Shown: positions 31,514 through 34,898 of the stretch, one piece after another
How the letters are laid out: each line of letters begins with the position of its first letter
Position numbering within the stretch: position 1 is the first letter of the stretch
NCBI GenBank assembly: GCA_031409655.1
Contig: JANNXQ010000166.1
Coordinates: forward strand, 1 to 34,898
Length of the DNA: 34,898 bases
Direction: 5' to 3'
Origin: Chthoniobacteraceae bacterium
GTDB lineage: Bacteria; Verrucomicrobiota; Verrucomicrobiia; Chthoniobacterales; Chthoniobacteraceae
Notes under the pieces: generated by a model
Seen by the model: the letters and a program-made list of their open reading frames with translations, nothing else
Told to the model about the DNA's origin: nothing
The model's database searches: none
Position numbers and translations under genes: made by a program

Positions 31514-34500
31514 ATGTCGCACCCATTTTCACTGAAAGCGCGAGCGCAAGGTCCGGTGGCCGCCATCGTGGGGTGGCTCGTCGCCGCGCTCTCGAGTGCG
31601 GGAGCAGCGCCGCTGCTGGCGGCCCAGGTCGAGTTTTTCGAGAAAAAGATCCGGCCCGTGCTCGTGGCGGAATGCTACGAGTGCCACGGAGCGGAGAAGA
31701 CGAAGGGCGGACTGCGGCTCGACTATCGCGACGGGTGGAAGAAGGGGGGCGACACTGGCGATGCGATCGTGCCGGGCGCGCCGGAAAAGAGCCTGCTCAT
31801 GGAGTCCATCCGCCACCTCGACCCGGACCTGAAGATGCCGGACAAGGCGCCAAAACTGGAAGACGCGGTGATCGCGGATTTCGAGCAATGGATCGCGATG
31901 GGCGCGCCCGATCCGCGCGACGAGCCACCTGCCGCGCATGCGGGCAAGCCGACCTGGACGCAATTGCTCGCAGTGCGGAAGAGCTGGTGGTCGCTCCAGC
32001 CCGTGCAGAAGCCCGCGCTTCCCGTGGTGCAAGACGCCGGGTGGTCCGGGCATCCGGTCGATCGCTTTCTCCTCGCGAAGATGGAAGCAAAAGGACTCGC
32101 GCCCGCGGCCGCCGCGGACCCGCGCACTTTCATCCGCCGTCTCACTTTCGCCCTCACCGGCCTGCCGCCGACATCGGAGGAAGTGGAGGCATTCGTCGCG
32201 GCTTCCATCAGCAATCAGCCATCGGCGATCGGCGATGCGATCAGCCGCCTGCTCGCCGCGCCGCGCTTCGGCGAGCACTGGGCGCGGCACTGGATGGACC
32301 TCATGCGATACGCCGAGACGCACGGGAGCGAGGGCGATCCGGAGATTCCGCAAGCGTGGCGCTATCGCGACTATCTCATCCGCGCTTTCAATGCGGGCGT
32401 GCCCGGGGATCGGCTCATCCGCGAGCACTTGGCGGGCGATCTTCTTCCGCAGCCGCGGATGAATCCGGACGGCTTCAATGAATCCATCCTCGGCACGGCG
32501 CAGTTCCGTTTCGTCGAGCACGGCTTCCAACCGGTGGACACGCTCGACGATCAGGTGAATGCGGTGGACAACCAGATCGAAGGGGTGACGAAGGCTTTCC
32601 AGGCCACGACGGTCTCATGCGCGCGATGCCACGATCATAAGTTCGATGCGGTCAGTCAGCGCGACTTCACCGCGCTCTACGGCATCTTTGCGAGCTGCCG
32701 TCCCGCGCAGATCACCATCGACTCGGCGGAAGTGCAGAATCGAAATCGCGCCGAACTGGAGACGCTGCACGGGAAGATCAAGGCCGGGCTGGCCGAAGCG
32801 TGGCTCGCCAGTGCCGCGGAGATCGGCGCGCGGCAGCGCACCACCGCCGCGACCGCCCCGGCGCAGGCGTGGGCCGACGTGCTCCGCGATGCGGCCACGA
32901 ACGAAGCGAATCCTTTTCATCCGTGGGTGAAGTTGACCGCGGAACCCACTGCGGATTTCCCTGCCGCATGGCGCGCACTCGCCACGCAAGCCGCCGCGAA
33001 GCTCGAAGACGCCCGCAGTTTCAATCGCGAGAACTTCCGCCTGATGTGGGATCTCACGGGCGGTGAATATGCGAAGTGGTTCCCGTATGGCTCGGGTCTT
33101 CCGGCGCAGCCAGCGAAGGCCGGGGAGTTTTCGATTACTCCGAGCGGCGACCGCATCCTCGATGGCCTGCTGCCTGCCGGCGTCTTCACCCATCGCCTGA
33201 GCGACCGGCACAACGGCCTGCTTACTTCACCCAGCTTCAAGATCGACTCCGATTGCATCAACGTGCGCGCGGCGGGTGGCGGCGGTTCTTCGGTGCGCGT
33301 GATCGTGGACCATTATCCGCTGCCGAGTAACCCGATCTTTCCCAAGGCGCTGCTCGAAAAAGAGGAGCCTGGCTGGGTGCGCATCGATACTGCCTATCGC
33401 AAGGGCAGCATGGCCTATCTCGAGTTTGGCACGCGCGACGACGTCACCCGTCCGCTCCCGGAAAAGAAGGGCTCGCCGAAATCGCCGCGCTCCGGCGAGG
33501 GCCGCTCCTTCTTCGCTGTCGAGCGCATCGTCACCGGCGACGGCAAGGAACTGCCGCGCGAGGAGAACCTCGCGCTGGTCCCCTTGCTCGAAGGCCCGGC
33601 GCCTGAGTCGTCCGCCGATCTCGCCGCGCACTACACTCGCGTGTTCACCACTGCCGTCGCCGCGTGGCGCGATGGCCGCGTCACCGAGCCACAGCGCGCG
33701 TTGCTCGACTCCCTCGTGCGTCGTGGAGTGCTGCCCACCACTTTGCGCGAGCTGGAGAAAGTGCGCCCGCTCGTTGCCGAGTATCGCCGCCTCGAAGGCG
33801 AAGTGCCGAAGCTGCAGCGTGCCCCCGGCGTGCTCGAATCAGTGGCCACCGACGCCCCACTCTTCGAACGCGGCGAACACACCAAGCCCGGCGCCCTCGT
33901 GCCGCGCGGCTACCTCGGCGTGCTCGGCGGCCAGCCCTATCGCACCACCCTCAGCGGACGCCTGGAACTCGCGGAGGAAATCGCGAGCGCGCAGAATCCG
34001 CTGACCGCACGCGTGATGGTCAATCGCATCTGGCACTGGCTCTTCGGGCAGGGTCTGGTGCCGACGGTCGATAACTTCGGACGCCTCGGCGAAAGGCCCA
34101 CGCACCCCGAGCTGCTCGATTTTCTTGCCGCGGAATTTGTCGAGCGCGGCTGGTCCACCAAAGAGCTGATCCGCACCCTCGTCTCAACGCGCGCCTTCGC
34201 GATGAGCAGCACGCCTTCCGCGCACGCCACCGCCACCGATCCGGCGAATGCCTGGCTCTCGCACGCCCGCGTCCGCCGGATCGATGCGGAGTCCGTGCGC
34301 GACTCTCTCCTCGCCGTCTCCGGCCAGCTCGACCCCAAGATGTCTGGCCAGAGCGCCGACGCCGACGCCCCGCGCCGCAGCCTTTACCTCCGCGTGAAGC
34401 GCACCGTCTTGAACCCTTTCCTGCAAGTCTTCGACGCCCCGAAACCCTTCACCACGCTGGGCCGCCGCGACCTCACCAACGTCCCCGCGCAATCGCTCAC

Positions 34501-34780
34501 GATGCTCAATTCACCCTTCGTCATCGAACAGGCGAAGCAGTGGGCGGAGGCGCTGGTGAAAGACGACTGCGCCACCGTCGAAGCGCGGGTGGGCCGCATG
34601 TTCACCACGGCCTTCGCACGCCCGCCTTCCGACCACGAACTCGCCGCGGCGAAAAACTTCCTCGCCACGCTGGCTGCCGAGCGCAGGGAAAAGACCGACA
34701 TGCTCCTCACGTCCGCGCCCGTGTGGCAGGACTTCGCGCAGGCGCTCTTCAATTTGAAGGAGTTCATCTATGTGCGGTGA
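31514..34780 (+). CDS. PSD1/planctomycete cytochrome c domain protein (PSCyt1 + DUF1549 + DUF1553)
   Basis: FFEKKIRPVL..ECYECH, HPVDRF, GEHWARHWMDLMRYAE, CARCHDHKFD, NPLTARVMVNRIW and PTHPELLD. Confidence 0.9.
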   Translation: MSHPFSLKARAQGPVAAIVGWLVAALSSAGAAPLLAAQVEFFEKKIRPVLVAECYECHGAEKTKGGLRLDYRDGWKKGGDTGDAIVPGAPEKSLLMESIRHLDPDLKMPDKAPKLEDAVIADFEQWIAMGAPDPRDEPPAAHAGKPTWTQLLAVRKSWWSLQPVQKPALPVVQDAGWSGHPVDRFLLAKMEAKGLAPAAAADPRTFIRRLTFALTGLPPTSEEVEAFVAASISNQPSAIGDAISRLLAAPRFGEHWARHWMDLMRYAETHGSEGDPEIPQAWRYRDYLIRAFNAGVPGDRLIREHLAGDLLPQPRMNPDGFNESILGTAQFRFVEHGFQPVDTLDDQVNAVDNQIEGVTKAFQATTVSCARCHDHKFDAVSQRDFTALYGIFASCRPAQITIDSAEVQNRNRAELETLHGKIKAGLAEAWLASAAEIGARQRTTAATAPAQAWADVLRDAATNEANPFHPWVKLTAEPTADFPAAWRALATQAAAKLEDARSFNRENFRLMWDLTGGEYAKWFPYGSGLPAQPAKAGEFSITPSGDRILDGLLPAGVFTHRLSDRHNGLLTSPSFKIDSDCINVRAAGGGGSSVRVIVDHYPLPSNPIFPKALLEKEEPGWVRIDTAYRKGSMAYLEFGTRDDVTRPLPEKKGSPKSPRSGEGRSFFAVERIVTGDGKELPREENLALVPLLEGPAPESSADLAAHYTRVFTTAVAAWRDGRVTEPQRALLDSLVRRGVLPTTLRELEKVRPLVAEYRRLEGEVPKLQRAPGVLESVATDAPLFERGEHTKPGALVPRGYLGVLGGQPYRTTLSGRLELAEEIASAQNPLTARVMVNRIWHWLFGQGLVPTVDNFGRLGERPTHPELLDFLAAEFVERGWSTKELIRTLVSTRAFAMSSTPSAHATATDPANAWLSHARVRRIDAESVRDSLLAVSGQLDPKMSGQSADADAPRRSLYLRVKRTVLNPFLQVFDAPKPFTTLGRRDLTNVPAQSLTMLNSPFVIEQAKQWAEALVKDDCATVEARVGRMFTTAFARPPSDHELAAAKNFLATLAAERREKTDMLLTSAPVWQDFAQALFNLKEFIYVR

Positions 34781-34799
34781 TCGTCGGCGCGGTTCCGCA

Positions 34800-34863
34800 C
34801 AAGGAGCAGAGGCGCCCACCCCCCCAGTATCAGACAAGGGGCGAGGGCGCCCCGGCGACTTTG
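34800..34863. repeat. Degenerate copy of the 23091-23153 REP-like inverted pair
   Basis: CAAGGAGCAGAGGCGCCCACCCCCC ... GGGGCGAGGGCGCCCCGGCGACTTTG; the 16-bp GGGGCGAGGGCGCCCC is identical to 23129-23144. Confidence 0.7.
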
Positions 34864-34898
34864 TCTCGTGCGCCGCTCGGCGCAAAAGAACCCTCACC

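Overview
GC-rich, densely coding bacterial window. The PSCyt/DUF1549-DUF1553 protein and repeat style suggest the PVC superphylum, probably Verrucomicrobiota (inference). Gene order: partial TPR protein with an Hsp70-like C-terminus; an esterase-crcB-mqnD operon; an ECF sigma/anti-sigma pair with terminator; a kinase-pseudokinase-TM-Sel1 receptor divergent from an FHA-adenylate cyclase; an overlapping operon of cNMP-binding patatin, PaaK-like CoA ligase, thiolase, FadJ-like enzyme and acyl-CoA dehydrogenase; a D-2-hydroxyacid dehydrogenase; a P1B-4 ATPase; alpha-2-macroglobulin-pbpC; a TMTC-like GT-C/TPR protein; msrA; and a PSCyt protein. No rRNA, tRNA, CRISPR or transposase was seen. Two things stand out. 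(1) A candidate signalling-to-lipid-catabolism circuit: Sel1 kinase -> FHA-cyclase -> cAMP -> cNMP-patatin -> beta-oxidation. (2) Several small palindromic or heptamer repeat families, some lying in-frame inside genes; pbpC carries three and has a fourth at its 3' end. All family calls come from motifs read by eye, with no database search.
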